The notes: generated by a model from the sequence alone, not told the origin. A DNA stretch of 64,000 bases from Nanobdellota archaeon (GCA_014239585.1 JAAZYP010000001.1:7752-71751), one strand, 5' to 3'. Shown: positions 47,558 through 57,527, counted from the first letter of the stretch. Program-made: numbers and translations.

Positions 47558-48321
47558 TTCATAATTAAAGATCCATTTTTTAGATGTTTAGTTAATCTTA
47601 CCTCCAAACTTGAAATTAATTTTTGAGCGATTTTACCATTCTCGTGCTCCAGTATAAATTTGTATTTAGGTGCACCGATATATTTAACTTTAAGAGTACC
47701 ACCTTCCCTTTTTATGAATGAAATTGAATCACTTATACCTTTTCTAATTTTAGATAAACCGTTTGAATCTTTAGATTCCATTAATACGTTCACTTTGAGA
47801 ATTGTATTTTTTGGCTTAATTCTGGAAGATATAACTTTCAGTAAATTAGTTTTTGTAACTTTATCTAATTTTAATTCATCAATTAATAATTCATCTCTAA
47901 TTAGTTCTTCAAAAAAAGGGTAGATCAAATTATATTTTTTCGAAACCGGAAGTCCAATTTTTTTGAATAATTCTGAATACTTTTTGTTAGTTGATTTAGC
48001 TAATTGTGAGATAATTTCATCTGCAATTTTTTCGTTCTTAAATTCCTCTTGTTTAGTTCGTTCTTGACCAGCACCAACTTTTCTTAAGGACAAATTTATT
48101 CCACTTTTATCTGAAGATATAACCTTGCATACAAATTTTCTACCCCGTTTAAACAACACACGCATAGTTCTAACTTGTTTTCTGTGCATTTCTGAAGTAT
48201 ATAAAATTCCCTTAATTTTATTGTATTCATCCAAATTAAATTCGATTTGATGTTGTGATATTTTTGATACTGTTCCAATTACAAAATCGTCAATATCGGG
48301 TAAATCATCTCGAAGATACAT
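47554..48321 (-). CDS. eif2a: Translation initiation factor 2 alpha subunit
   Basis: N-terminal S1 domain, then helical and alpha-beta domains. Conserved position after rps27e. Confidence 0.9.
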   Translation of the reverse strand: MYLRDDLPDIDDFVIGTVSKISQHQIEFNLDEYNKIKGILYTSEMHRKQVRTMRVLFKRGRKFVCKVISSDKSGINLSLRKVGAGQERTKQEEFKNEKIADEIISQLAKSTNKKYSELFKKIGLPVSKKYNLIYPFFEELIRDELLIDELKLDKVTKTNLLKVISSRIKPKNTILKVNVLMESKDSNGLSKIRKGISDSISFIKREGGTLKVKYIGAPKYKFILEHENGKIAQKLISSLEVRLTKHLKNGSLIMK

Positions 48322-48326
48322 TGAAT

Positions 48327-48515
48327 TTAATTAAGTTCTTTAATCACTTTTCCACCAGTAATATTTATTTTTCCACCAGTAGAATATGCAAGCTTAGTTT
48401 TACACACCAAACAAACTAGTTCTTTACTTGATGCTCGTTCAAATAGAACTTGCTCATTTTTACATTTTGAACATTTAATTTTCAAAAATTTTGTTGAAGT
48501 TTCATCTAATTTCAT
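48327..48515 (-). CDS. rps27e: Ribosomal protein S27e
   Basis: C4 zinc ribbon: CSKCKNEQVLF......CLVCKTKLA. Confidence 0.9.
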   Translation of the reverse strand: MKLDETSTKFLKIKCSKCKNEQVLFERASSKELVCLVCKTKLAYSTGGKINITGGKVIKELN

Positions 48516-48811
48516 TATACTAAATTTGCCTTTTTAATTCGACTAAATGCTTTTACGTGCGCCTTATTACAAATATCGCAAGTATATACAAATGTTGCTT
48601 TCGTAGTTTGTTTATGTTTTGTAGCAGCTTTAGCTCGAGGCATTCCTCCATAACCAGCCATAATTTTGAAAATTCTTCTAGCTCCACTATTCAGTGCGTT
48701 CTTTTTTGTTTTTGGACGAGCTTTGTTCTTCAAAAGTTTGATCTTGTGCATTGTGTGTTTCTTGCACTTTTTTGAAGGACAGAATGTCCGTGTTTGTTTT
48801 GGAAATTTCAT
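48515..48811 (-). CDS. rpl44e: Ribosomal protein L44e
   Basis: MKFPKQTRTFCPSKKCKKHTMHK ... GYGG ... CDICNK. Confidence 0.9.
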   Translation of the reverse strand: MKFPKQTRTFCPSKKCKKHTMHKIKLLKNKARPKTKKNALNSGARRIFKIMAGYGGMPRAKAATKHKQTTKATFVYTCDICNKAHVKAFSRIKKANLV

Positions 48812-49484
48812 TTTGACTATCTATATCACCTGTGATCACTTCATTTTTAAGTTCTTCGATAGGTTGATTTAAGTCAGATGGATCTAAGTCTAATGGTTTT
48901 TTATCTCCAATTTTTCCCTGAGTCAATAATATATCAGATATCGATTGAGGTATAGATACAATATCTCCGCGCGAAAAAGGCCCAAATTTGTTCATATCTG
49001 GACCAAAAAATTCAGGAATGGTTTCTTGAGCATAATATTCCGTTGATTTAATTTCAGATTTATTCACCGAGGTTAGGCTATCACTTTTTTCAATAGTCTC
49101 CAATATTGATTTTCGAGATGTTTGTAAGAGTTTAATCAATTGATCATACAATATTTCTTCAGCATTCAGCATGTTACTCGTATCTCGCATCGAATCATCG
49201 CTTCTACTATTAAATACTGCACGTGAAATAACTTTTCGCTCTCTTCGCTCTAACATATCTTTAACTACGCGTGTAGCATTAGATAATTCAACTTGAATTT
49301 TAGCTCGATTCGTAGTAGAAAATAAATTTAATGATTGATCTTGATTTTTTGTTTCATCATTTTTTTCTTCGAAATATTTCTTGATACGTTTAAGATCATC
49401 AATAGTCAAAGTTTGTAAGTCTGAAGAGTATTGTTCATTTCTAAACAGTTCATAAATATCTTCGTAAGTAAATGCATCACCCAT
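48687..49484 (-). CDS. GINS-like protein (Gins51/15 type) with a long C-terminal tail that overlaps rpl44e
   Basis: Helical N-terminal domain plus a B-domain-like ..FGPFSRGDIVSIPQSISDILLTQGKI. It sits next to the primase gene, as gins15 does in other archaea. The last 125 nt overlap rpl44e in another frame. Confidence 0.55.
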   Translation of the reverse strand: MGDAFTYEDIYELFRNEQYSSDLQTLTIDDLKRIKKYFEEKNDETKNQDQSLNLFSTTNRAKIQVELSNATRVVKDMLERRERKVISRAVFNSRSDDSMRDTSNMLNAEEILYDQLIKLLQTSRKSILETIEKSDSLTSVNKSEIKSTEYYAQETIPEFFGPDMNKFGPFSRGDIVSIPQSISDILLTQGKIGDKKPLDLDPSDLNQPIEELKNEVITGDIDSQNEISKTNTDILSFKKVQETHNAQDQTFEEQSSSKNKKERTE

Positions 49485-49532
49485 AGTTATTTGTCAAAGA
49501 TTACTTTAAGTACATTCATATATTTCAGAATA

Positions 49533-50783
49533 TTATTTGGATTTGAAAGAAACATAAGTTAATGGGTTTTTTATTTTTTTACAAGTATTATCTGGAAAAC
49601 ACACACCTATTTCTTGATAATGAGCTTTACAATTCGGAGGCGGAACGACTTTATTCTGTTTTTGATGCCAAGATAGTTGAGATTTTATATACCCCTTTTT
49701 CAAAGGAGGTTTGTTTTTAGAATTCCAATCATATATTTTAGCTTCCAAATCATGCCAATCCATATCAAAATTTTTGTAAAAATTAATTAATGAAAATAAC
49801 GCTCGTTTACGACCATCCTCCAACCCATTCAAAATTCGTTTCATGCAAGGCGGGAATATTTCATCCTTAAGTTCCAATTTAACAAAATCATATTTTTTTG
49901 TTGAAGATTCTTCTTCATCCAAATTTATGCCTGTAAATAAGTTTTTAGCTTCATTCTTTACAGATTTTGATCTATCCAAAAATATTTTCATATTATCGAC
50001 ATTTTCGGGTTTAGCATCATCAAATTCAAATTTTTCAATATTTTTCTCATCGATTACTATTGAGACTAAGCCCCTTTTTTCATGAAGACTATATGGGCTC
50101 CGTATAAGATGTCTGGGACTTGCCATTGCGAGATCAATATCCATCAATTTCAAAAAATTTATTTTATTATTTTTACTTATTTCATCTTTACTCTTACTTG
50201 TTTTTCTAAGAATCTCACTTAAATTAGATTCATAATAACTGGAATTTATATTATTGAGATAATCATTCAAATCAGTCTTTATTTTTTTCAAAATTCTGTC
50301 TAATAAAATAGGAAATGTTTTCCTAATTTCAACTTTTCCTGCAAAGATATATTCTGGAAATGACTCGGCAGGAACACCAATGTGCCAACCCTTATTTCCT
50401 GAAAATTTAACGCCAATATTTTTCACACCCTGACTCTTTAGATATTCAACTATCAATCTTGCAGTTTTTCGAGAATATTCAAACCACGGACAGTCGATAT
50501 CTATGATTAAATCCCAACTTTCACGTAATTCCGACATAAAATGTTCAGTGCTTTCACTACTCAATCTTAACGGATCAGACCAGTTTTCAACAGAAATATG
50601 AAATGAAGTAACTCCAGATCTTGCAAAATTAGAAACATCTTTTGGAAACTGTAAAACGTTTGGACGTTTACCAAATCCACCTGAAACCAATCTTACTGCA
50701 ACTTCTTTATTTTCTGAAGCTTTAACTATTGCCAATCCGACATCTTGACGCGAATACCAACGAATAATATCGGATTGTTTCAT
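49533..50783 (-). CDS. priS: DNA primase: PriS catalytic domain fused to a PriL-CTD-like Fe-S module
   Basis: AEP catalytic motif DLIIDIDCP with downstream SGNKGWHI. The C-terminal module is FPPCMKRILNGLEDGRKRALFSLINFY plus Cys in PPPNC, GVC and NTC. Confidence 0.8.
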   Translation of the reverse strand: MKQSDIIRWYSRQDVGLAIVKASENKEVAVRLVSGGFGKRPNVLQFPKDVSNFARSGVTSFHISVENWSDPLRLSSESTEHFMSELRESWDLIIDIDCPWFEYSRKTARLIVEYLKSQGVKNIGVKFSGNKGWHIGVPAESFPEYIFAGKVEIRKTFPILLDRILKKIKTDLNDYLNNINSSYYESNLSEILRKTSKSKDEISKNNKINFLKLMDIDLAMASPRHLIRSPYSLHEKRGLVSIVIDEKNIEKFEFDDAKPENVDNMKIFLDRSKSVKNEAKNLFTGINLDEEESSTKKYDFVKLELKDEIFPPCMKRILNGLEDGRKRALFSLINFYKNFDMDWHDLEAKIYDWNSKNKPPLKKGYIKSQLSWHQKQNKVVPPPNCKAHYQEIGVCFPDNTCKKIKNPLTYVSFKSK

Positions 50784-50808
50784 AAAACTTTTTCATAGTT
50801 AAGAGTTA

Positions 50809-51807
50809 TTAATTCTTCTCTACTGAAAACGCACGAAATTCATTTCCGCCTATTCTGCGTTCGGGAGGAATCAATTTTAAACCTAATCTTAGATATATTG
50901 ATCTCTCAGTTTTTGCTTCAATTTGATTACCAGTTTTACGGTCAAATAATCCCCATTCCGAAAGTTTGTAACCTTGTTTTATTGCAATTTTTCTTAAAAG
51001 TACATTATGTTCAACACTTCCCGTAAAATATTGTGCAGCCGCACCATATGAGTTGGGTGGAACAACTCTTAGATCTATTTGTAAATATCCTTCAAAAATA
51101 ATTGAACTTTTAGTATCACCTTGAACCAAAATTTTAGTAACCGTAGACATTTGTGTAAAAAAATCCATAACTTTCTTCGGATTATTTGAGGAAACTAAAA
51201 TATCGATATCTCCAATCGTTGCCTTTTTTCGTCGCAGAGATCCCATATAATTTACTTTCTGAATAGCATTATGATTTTTTAATATCTTAACAATTCTTTT
51301 TGCAATAGGAAGAGCATCCGTTATTGAAATTCTATTTTGCGATTTCTTTTTGCGATTTAAATTATTCAAAATTTCAGTTTCAGTTCGTTCTCCAAATCCA
51401 TCTAATTTCCGGATATTACCCTTTTTTGCTGCAAGCCTCAATTTAGTAATTGTATCTATTTTCAATTCATAATAAAGTCGTTTAACCTTTTTAGGACCTA
51501 ACCCAGGAATTTGAAGTATATCTAAAACTCCCTTTGATATTTCTTTGAATAAATTATTTAGTTTGTCAGATTTACCTTTATTTGTTAAGATATATTCTAT
51601 ATTTTTTGATATCCCCTTTCCAACACCATCCAATTCCCTTAATGCCGCGACGCCACCTAATTTGTATAATTTATTCAGATTTTGAGATTCATCTTCAACA
51701 GAACGTGCAGCACGACGATACGCAATTGGCTCAAATTGAATATCTTGTATATCTAAAAGATCTGCAATTTGATATAATTTTTCTGCCACGTCTTTATTTG
51801 TAACCAT
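50809..51807 (-). CDS. polX: Family X DNA polymerase (Pol beta-like core, no PHP domain)
   Basis: From ATG 51807: MVTNKDVAEKLYQIADLL. It has HhH motifs (GVGKGISKNI, IPGLGPKKVKRLY) and the nucleotidyltransferase motif GSLRRKKATIGDIDILV. Confidence 0.8.
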   Translation of the reverse strand: MVTNKDVAEKLYQIADLLDIQDIQFEPIAYRRAARSVEDESQNLNKLYKLGGVAALRELDGVGKGISKNIEYILTNKGKSDKLNNLFKEISKGVLDILQIPGLGPKKVKRLYYELKIDTITKLRLAAKKGNIRKLDGFGERTETEILNNLNRKKKSQNRISITDALPIAKRIVKILKNHNAIQKVNYMGSLRRKKATIGDIDILVSSNNPKKVMDFFTQMSTVTKILVQGDTKSSIIFEGYLQIDLRVVPPNSYGAAAQYFTGSVEHNVLLRKIAIKQGYKLSEWGLFDRKTGNQIEAKTERSIYLRLGLKLIPPERRIGGNEFRAFSVEKN

Positions 51808-51973
51808 ATTAATGAGATTGCGATATTGATTAATTAAGATTGCCCTAAAGCTTTTAAATCTCAAATTTAACGAAAAAACATGAATCGAGTTGATTACCCC
51901 CACATTCTGGAATAATCTTTCTAGCTCGATTTCTCGTAAATCTTTTAAACGGAACAATTTAGAAGTAGATAGT

Positions 51974-52048
51974 GGAGAAGGTGGGGTAGCTTGGTTATCC
52001 TCTCTGTTTGTGGTGCGGAGGACCCGTGTTCAAATCACGGCCTTCTCC
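51974..52048 (+). tRNA. tRNA-His (anticodon GUG) with a genome-encoded G-1
   Basis: Hand-folded: G-1 pairs with C73, acceptor GAGAAGG/CCTTCTC, U8, A14, G18G19, anticodon arm TCTGT-TTGTGGT-GCGGA (two G-U pairs), T arm CCGTG-TTCAAAT-CACGG. Confidence 0.85.
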
Positions 52049-52104
52049 CTCTTAATCAAATTTTTTAACCCAAATTTTAATAAGATTGGAGGGATAAATT
52101 AAAT

Positions 52105-53331
52105 ATGAAATTACAAACACCAAAAGGAACATCAGATTATATTGGTAATAGAGCCGAAGATTTAAATCGAATAATTAATGCATTTCAAACCAGTTTTGAT
52201 TTATTCGGATTTAATCCAATTAAAACACCAATTTTTGAATATGCATCTACCTTAAAAGGTAAATACGGTACTGATGAAAAATTAATTTACGAATTTAAAG
52301 ATAAAGGAAATCGCGAACTTGCATTAAGATATGATTTAACAGTACCTTTGGCAAGAATTGCAGGAACCAATCAGTTTTCATTACCATCAAAATTTTATAA
52401 TATTGGAAGCGTATTTAGATATGACCGACCGCAAAAAGGAAGAACTAGAGAATTTATGCAAGCAGATATCGATATCATTGGTTCAACAGATATAGCTTGT
52501 GATGCAGAATTAATTGCATGTATGAGTTACGGTTTTGATAGCTTAAATTTAAAACCAACATTCAAAATAAATAATCGAAATGTAATGAATCAGATTTTTA
52601 ACCAACTAAATATTACTGAATCCAAATATAATCTAGTATTAAGAATAATTGATAAATTTGATAAAATTGGTCTAGCGGGAATTAAATCTGAACTCGCATC
52701 AGAAGGAATTGAGTCATCAAAATTATTAAAATTAGTTTTTATCAAAGGTTCACCTAAAAAAGTTAAATCTGAATTGAATAAACTCAAATTAAAAATAGAT
52801 TTTTCTGAAATAGAAACGTTATTTAATAAAATCAATAATATTGAATTAAATCCCACAAAAGTAAAGTTAGATTTAAGTTTAGCAAGAGGGTTAGAATATT
52901 ATACTGGAACTGTCTACGAAATTGACGTTGGTGTAGGTATGTCTGTAGGAGGCGGAGGAAGGTATGATCAGTTAATTTTTGATCTAACAGGAAAAGAATT
53001 AACTGGAGTAGGAATATCTGTCGGTTTAACCAGATTATTGGATTTAGTGTTATTAACAAAATCCAAATCTAATAAATTATTTATTATTTCGATCGAATCA
53101 GATATTTCAAAAATTATTACTGAATTAAGAAAAGAAGGAATAATTTGTGCATATAATCTTAATGCACGAAATTTGAAAAGTTCCCTAAATTATGCAAACA
53201 AACAAAAATTTGAAAATGTACTTATCATTGGAAAAAAGGAACGCTTAACTAAAAAATATATTTTGAAGAATATTCTTTCAGGAAAGGAAGAAAAATTATC
53301 TATAAATCAAATAATCTCAAAGTTTAAATAA
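52105..53331 (+). CDS. hisS: Histidyl-tRNA synthetase
   Basis: 408 aa class II aaRS (..RYDLTVPLAR.., FRYDRPQKGRTREF, GGGGRYD). Confidence 0.95.
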   Translation: MKLQTPKGTSDYIGNRAEDLNRIINAFQTSFDLFGFNPIKTPIFEYASTLKGKYGTDEKLIYEFKDKGNRELALRYDLTVPLARIAGTNQFSLPSKFYNIGSVFRYDRPQKGRTREFMQADIDIIGSTDIACDAELIACMSYGFDSLNLKPTFKINNRNVMNQIFNQLNITESKYNLVLRIIDKFDKIGLAGIKSELASEGIESSKLLKLVFIKGSPKKVKSELNKLKLKIDFSEIETLFNKINNIELNPTKVKLDLSLARGLEYYTGTVYEIDVGVGMSVGGGGRYDQLIFDLTGKELTGVGISVGLTRLLDLVLLTKSKSNKLFIISIESDISKIITELRKEGIICAYNLNARNLKSSLNYANKQKFENVLIIGKKERLTKKYILKNILSGKEEKLSINQIISKFK

Positions 53332-53351
53332 TAAGCTTTAGAATAGGAACT

Positions 53352-53882
53352 ATGCCCGTAAAAGATCAAAAAATTGGACGAGATAATGCAGTAGTTCTAG
53401 CAAATTCAGTTTTTGATTTAGATGAAGTAATAAATGCAATAAGATATTGGGCAAATAGGCAAAGTTACCAATTATTTAAAGTAAAATCATATGATGAAAT
53501 AATTACCTCTCGAGGAGTAAGATCTAAAGTTAAGATTCATTTTAAGAAAGATATTGATTTTTATTTAAGACAGGAATTTGATATAGAATTAAATGTTAAA
53601 CGCGGAAAAAAATCAAAATATATTTCTGACGATGGAGAAATTAAAATTTTGACACGAGGACATCTTTCTGCAGCGATTAATTCAAAATTAGTACCTGATT
53701 ACGATGATACCTTTACTAAGCGAGGGAAATTTTGGAATATCATCCATAATTTATTTTTCGAATTAATTTACAAACCAAAATTTATGAAATTTAAAATTCA
53801 AACCGGAATTGGTACAGGAAAAACAATGAACATAATAAAAAATAAAGTAAAAAGTTACGAAAAATTTAAACCCAATTCTTAA
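53352..53882 (+). CDS. Hypothetical protein
   Basis: 176-aa ORF with no recognisable motif. Confidence 0.45.
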   Translation: MPVKDQKIGRDNAVVLANSVFDLDEVINAIRYWANRQSYQLFKVKSYDEIITSRGVRSKVKIHFKKDIDFYLRQEFDIELNVKRGKKSKYISDDGEIKILTRGHLSAAINSKLVPDYDDTFTKRGKFWNIIHNLFFELIYKPKFMKFKIQTGIGTGKTMNIIKNKVKSYEKFKPNS

Positions 53883-54789
53883 TTCTAAAATATGAATAAG
53901 TACCTATAATTGAAATTGCCATTAAACCCAATGAGAAAATATAACCATATTTCCAAGTTAGTTCAGGCATATTATATGGTGATGTGCTTGGTTTAAAATT
54001 CATACCGTAAATACTAGCAATTAAGGTAGGTAATAATATGAATGAACCTACAATTGTTAATCGTTGTATAATTTTATTCATCTCATGTGAAATATTTGAG
54101 TTATAAATTTCTACAGCATTACTTAATATTTCTCGATAAATCGCCATAGTTTCAGCAAGTTGAATTTGATCAGTATGAATTTCAGATAAATCTAATTTCT
54201 CCAATTTATTTAATTTGAATACAGCTGCATTTGAAATCATACTATTAATTACATCACGATTACCAGCTACACTCCGTGTTAAAAATACCAAATTTTTTCT
54301 GACTTTAAATAATTTTGAAATAGTAGATTTAGATGAACTTGAACTAATCCTTTCTTCAATCTTTGAAACTTCTTCTTCTAAACGATCAGTTTCAACAAAA
54401 AAAGTCTTAGTAATTTCTTGAATTGTTCTAATCATCAAATTATTTATACTTTTAATCGTTTCAGGATGATTAACAATATCCAATACAAAAGGACAATTTG
54501 AACCATGAACCGTAACAAATTTTTTATCAAAAAGAAACATACCAATCGTTGAACTTCTATTTGTTTTTTTTGAATTTATTTTAAGTAAAATCAAATTATA
54601 ATTTTCTCTAACAACAATACGTGAGCGTTCGAGCCGATCTATACAAGATTTAAAATCTTGTTTTCTAATTTTTAATTCCTTTATCGAATCAAAATCTACC
54701 GATTTAGCATTTTCTAAATGAACCCAATTTGATTTATTTAGTTCGGTGCGATTTAAACCACGCGAACCTATTTTGTAAGATTTAAGCAT
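53866..54789 (-). CDS. corA: Magnesium transporter CorA family
   Basis: YGMNF signature followed by two C-terminal TM segments. Confidence 0.85.
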   Translation of the reverse strand: MLKSYKIGSRGLNRTELNKSNWVHLENAKSVDFDSIKELKIRKQDFKSCIDRLERSRIVVRENYNLILLKINSKKTNRSSTIGMFLFDKKFVTVHGSNCPFVLDIVNHPETIKSINNLMIRTIQEITKTFFVETDRLEEEVSKIEERISSSSSKSTISKLFKVRKNLVFLTRSVAGNRDVINSMISNAAVFKLNKLEKLDLSEIHTDQIQLAETMAIYREILSNAVEIYNSNISHEMNKIIQRLTIVGSFILLPTLIASIYGMNFKPSTSPYNMPELTWKYGYIFSLGLMAISIIGTYSYFRIKNWV

Positions 54790-54841
54790 ACTTATTTTTC
54801 TAAATAATAATATAAAACCTTGAGTTGTAATTACGCAGTAG

Positions 54842-57286
54842 TTATTCTAAATATATTCCGGGTTTTCCGGGCTTAGCCTTTTTTGACTTGTTTTCCGGAT
54901 CAATTTTAGTTGAATCATTAACTGCGAATACTCTAACTTCTGAATTTAGTTTAGAAGATAATTCGGAAGATACTAAAGTATAATTTTTTAATTCAGACGG
55001 GATCACATATAAATAAATTATTTTTGCACGTTTACCTGTAATTTTTAATATTTGTTTTATATCAGATACAGTTTTTCTAATTGATTCTTCATTTTGTTCA
55101 GCTTTTTTATTTATTTTAGATTTATCAAATTTTGGCCAAGACGATTTTGCAAGCATGGTTCTAATTCCCATCCGCTCCCATACTTCTTCAGAGATATGTG
55201 GCGCAAAAGGAGATAACATTCGTAAAAATGAATTTAATGCAAATTTAGACGGATATTTTTCAATCTCTGAATAAAAATCCATCAATTCGATTAAAACTTT
55301 GTTTAATTCCAATTTTTCAAAATGTTCAGTACAATTCAATATTTTTGTTTGAGTGAGACTTTCAATATATTTACGTTTTATTGAACCAAATTTCAATTTT
55401 GGAGAGTCCAATATTTTATTTAAAAATTTATGAACACCCTTAATATCTTTATCTGACCATTCAAAAGGAGTTGAAGGTGATGCAATAAATAGTAGATATG
55501 TCCTTAATGTATCTGCACCATATTCATTTATCGTGTCGAGTGGATCGATAACATTTCCTTTTGATTTTGACATTTTTGAACCACCCCTATTTACCATACC
55601 TTGATTCAAAAGATTCAAAAAAGGTTCATCAAAGTTGATATAACCTAATTTTTTCAAGAATTTAGTAATAAATCTAGAATATAGTAGGTGTCCAACTGCA
55701 TGTTCAGTTCCACCAATATATTGATTTATTGGCATCCAATATCCAATTTTGGTTTTATCAAAAATTGATTTATTGTTATTCGGATCACAATAGCGGAAAT
55801 AGTACCATGCCGAATCTACGAAAGTAGTCATAGTATCAGTTTCACGTTTTGCACGACCACCGCAAGAAGGACATTTAACATTAACAAATGAAGAATTTGT
55901 TTCTAAAGGTGATTTTGCTAGAGTATTATAATCAACAGTTTTTGGTAATTTAACGGGTAAGTCTTTTTCCGGGACCGGGACCATATCACACTTATTGCAA
56001 TAAATAATCGGAATTGGAGTGCCCCAATATCTTTGCCGAGATATATTCCAATCTCTAATTTTATAATTAATTTTTTTCTTAGCGAGATTTTTTTTAATTA
56101 ATTCAACACCAATTTTTTCTCTTGCGTTATCTGAAAATAATCCAGTATATTTTCCGGAATTAATTAATTTTCCTTCACCAGAATATGATTTATCGATTGA
56201 AGTATTCTTATTTTGAATAACTTGTTTTATAGGAAGTTTATACTTTTTAGCAAATTCATAATCACGTGTATCATGCGCTGGAACGGACATTATTGCACCC
56301 GTACCATACCCCATTAAAACAAAATTTGCAATGAAAATAGGTATTTTTTTATCATTTATCGGGTTTATCGCGTATTTACCGATGAATAAGCCCTCCTTTT
56401 CTTTAGATATTCGTTCAAGTTCATTTTGTTTAGATAATTTATTTATAAATTTATTAAATTTAGGTTCAATTTTAGTTCCCGAAACTAAATCTTTAACTAA
56501 CGGATGTTCTGGCGCAAGAACCATATATGTACATCCAAATAAAGTATCGGGACGAGTAGTAAAAACCGAGATATCTTGTTTATTTTCTATTTTGAATTTT
56601 ATTTCATATCCCTCACTTTTACCTATCCAATTTCGTTGTAGTGATTTAAGATGATTGGACCAATTTATTTTGTTTAATCCAGATAATAATTGATTAGAAA
56701 ATTTTGTTATTCTAAAGAACCACTGATCAATATCTTTTTGAACTACTTCCGAATCACATCTCCAACAGAGCCCATCTTTAACATCCTCATTTGCCAAAGT
56801 AGTATTACAACCCGGACACCAGTTTCCAGATGTTTTTTTCTTATATGCTAATTTATTTTCAAGTAATTTTAAAAAAAGCCATTGATTCCAACGATAATAT
56901 TCGGGGTTATGTGTACTTATTTCGCGATCCCAATCATAACTTAAACCCATAGCATTCATTTGTTTTTTGAAAGTTGCAATGTTTTGTTTGATACTAATTG
57001 TTGGATGAACACCCCGTTTAATTGCTTCATTTTCAGAAGGTAATCCGAAAGAATCCCAACCCATAGGATATATTACATTAAATCCTCTCATTCGTTTATA
57101 TCTTGCGAGCGCATCGCCGAGCGAATAATTTCGCGCATGACCGGTATGAAGACCAGTTCCTGAAGGATAAGGTAACATCTCAAGATTGTAAAATTTATTT
57201 CGCTTTGAATTTATTCTGGCAGAAAATACTTTATTATCTCGCCAACGTTTTTGCCATTTTTTCTCGATTTGTGCAAAGCTGCTCAT
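54842..57286 (-). CDS. leuS: Leucyl-tRNA synthetase
   Basis: Class I aaRS with a HIGH-type LHTGHARNY, KMSKSKGN and a CP1 editing domain. The first ATG is at 57286; the track ORF starts at TTG 57304. Confidence 0.95.
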   Translation of the reverse strand: MSSFAQIEKKWQKRWRDNKVFSARINSKRNKFYNLEMLPYPSGTGLHTGHARNYSLGDALARYKRMRGFNVIYPMGWDSFGLPSENEAIKRGVHPTISIKQNIATFKKQMNAMGLSYDWDREISTHNPEYYRWNQWLFLKLLENKLAYKKKTSGNWCPGCNTTLANEDVKDGLCWRCDSEVVQKDIDQWFFRITKFSNQLLSGLNKINWSNHLKSLQRNWIGKSEGYEIKFKIENKQDISVFTTRPDTLFGCTYMVLAPEHPLVKDLVSGTKIEPKFNKFINKLSKQNELERISKEKEGLFIGKYAINPINDKKIPIFIANFVLMGYGTGAIMSVPAHDTRDYEFAKKYKLPIKQVIQNKNTSIDKSYSGEGKLINSGKYTGLFSDNAREKIGVELIKKNLAKKKINYKIRDWNISRQRYWGTPIPIIYCNKCDMVPVPEKDLPVKLPKTVDYNTLAKSPLETNSSFVNVKCPSCGGRAKRETDTMTTFVDSAWYYFRYCDPNNNKSIFDKTKIGYWMPINQYIGGTEHAVGHLLYSRFITKFLKKLGYINFDEPFLNLLNQGMVNRGGSKMSKSKGNVIDPLDTINEYGADTLRTYLLFIASPSTPFEWSDKDIKGVHKFLNKILDSPKLKFGSIKRKYIESLTQTKILNCTEHFEKLELNKVLIELMDFYSEIEKYPSKFALNSFLRMLSPFAPHISEEVWERMGIRTMLAKSSWPKFDKSKINKKAEQNEESIRKTVSDIKQILKITGKRAKIIYLYVIPSELKNYTLVSSELSSKLNSEVRVFAVNDSTKIDPENKSKKAKPGKPGIYLE

Positions 57287-57335
57287 AAGAATTCTAGCAG
57301 TCAAAAGTTTTTAACTCTTAGTATAAAATGTGGGA

Positions 57336-57410
57336 CGGGCCCAACGGGATTTGAACCCGCGACCTACAGCTTAGAAGGCTGTCGCTCTATCCAAACTGAG
57401 CTATGGACCC
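57336..57410 (-). tRNA. tRNA-Arg (anticodon UCU)
   Basis: Hand-folded: acceptor GGGTCCA/TGGGCCC (one G-U pair), D arm GCTC..GAGC, anticodon arm ACAGC-CTTCTAA-GCTGT, T arm GCGGG-TTCAAAT-CCCGT. Confidence 0.9.
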
Positions 57411-57527
57411 AATTTAACGCCGTAAATTTGATTTAAATAAGTTTCGACTTCGAAAGCTCGAGCACTTTTTAAGTGTTACTGGGCAGTAAGAAAAATACGG
57501 AGTGTAACGACTCTCCGGTACGTACAA

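Noticed and set aside
51890-52102. 70-aa plus-strand ORF. A similar 61-aa ORF lies at 57251-57436.
   Set aside because: Both run through tRNA genes (tRNA-His and tRNA-Arg respectively) and promoter regions, so they are spurious.
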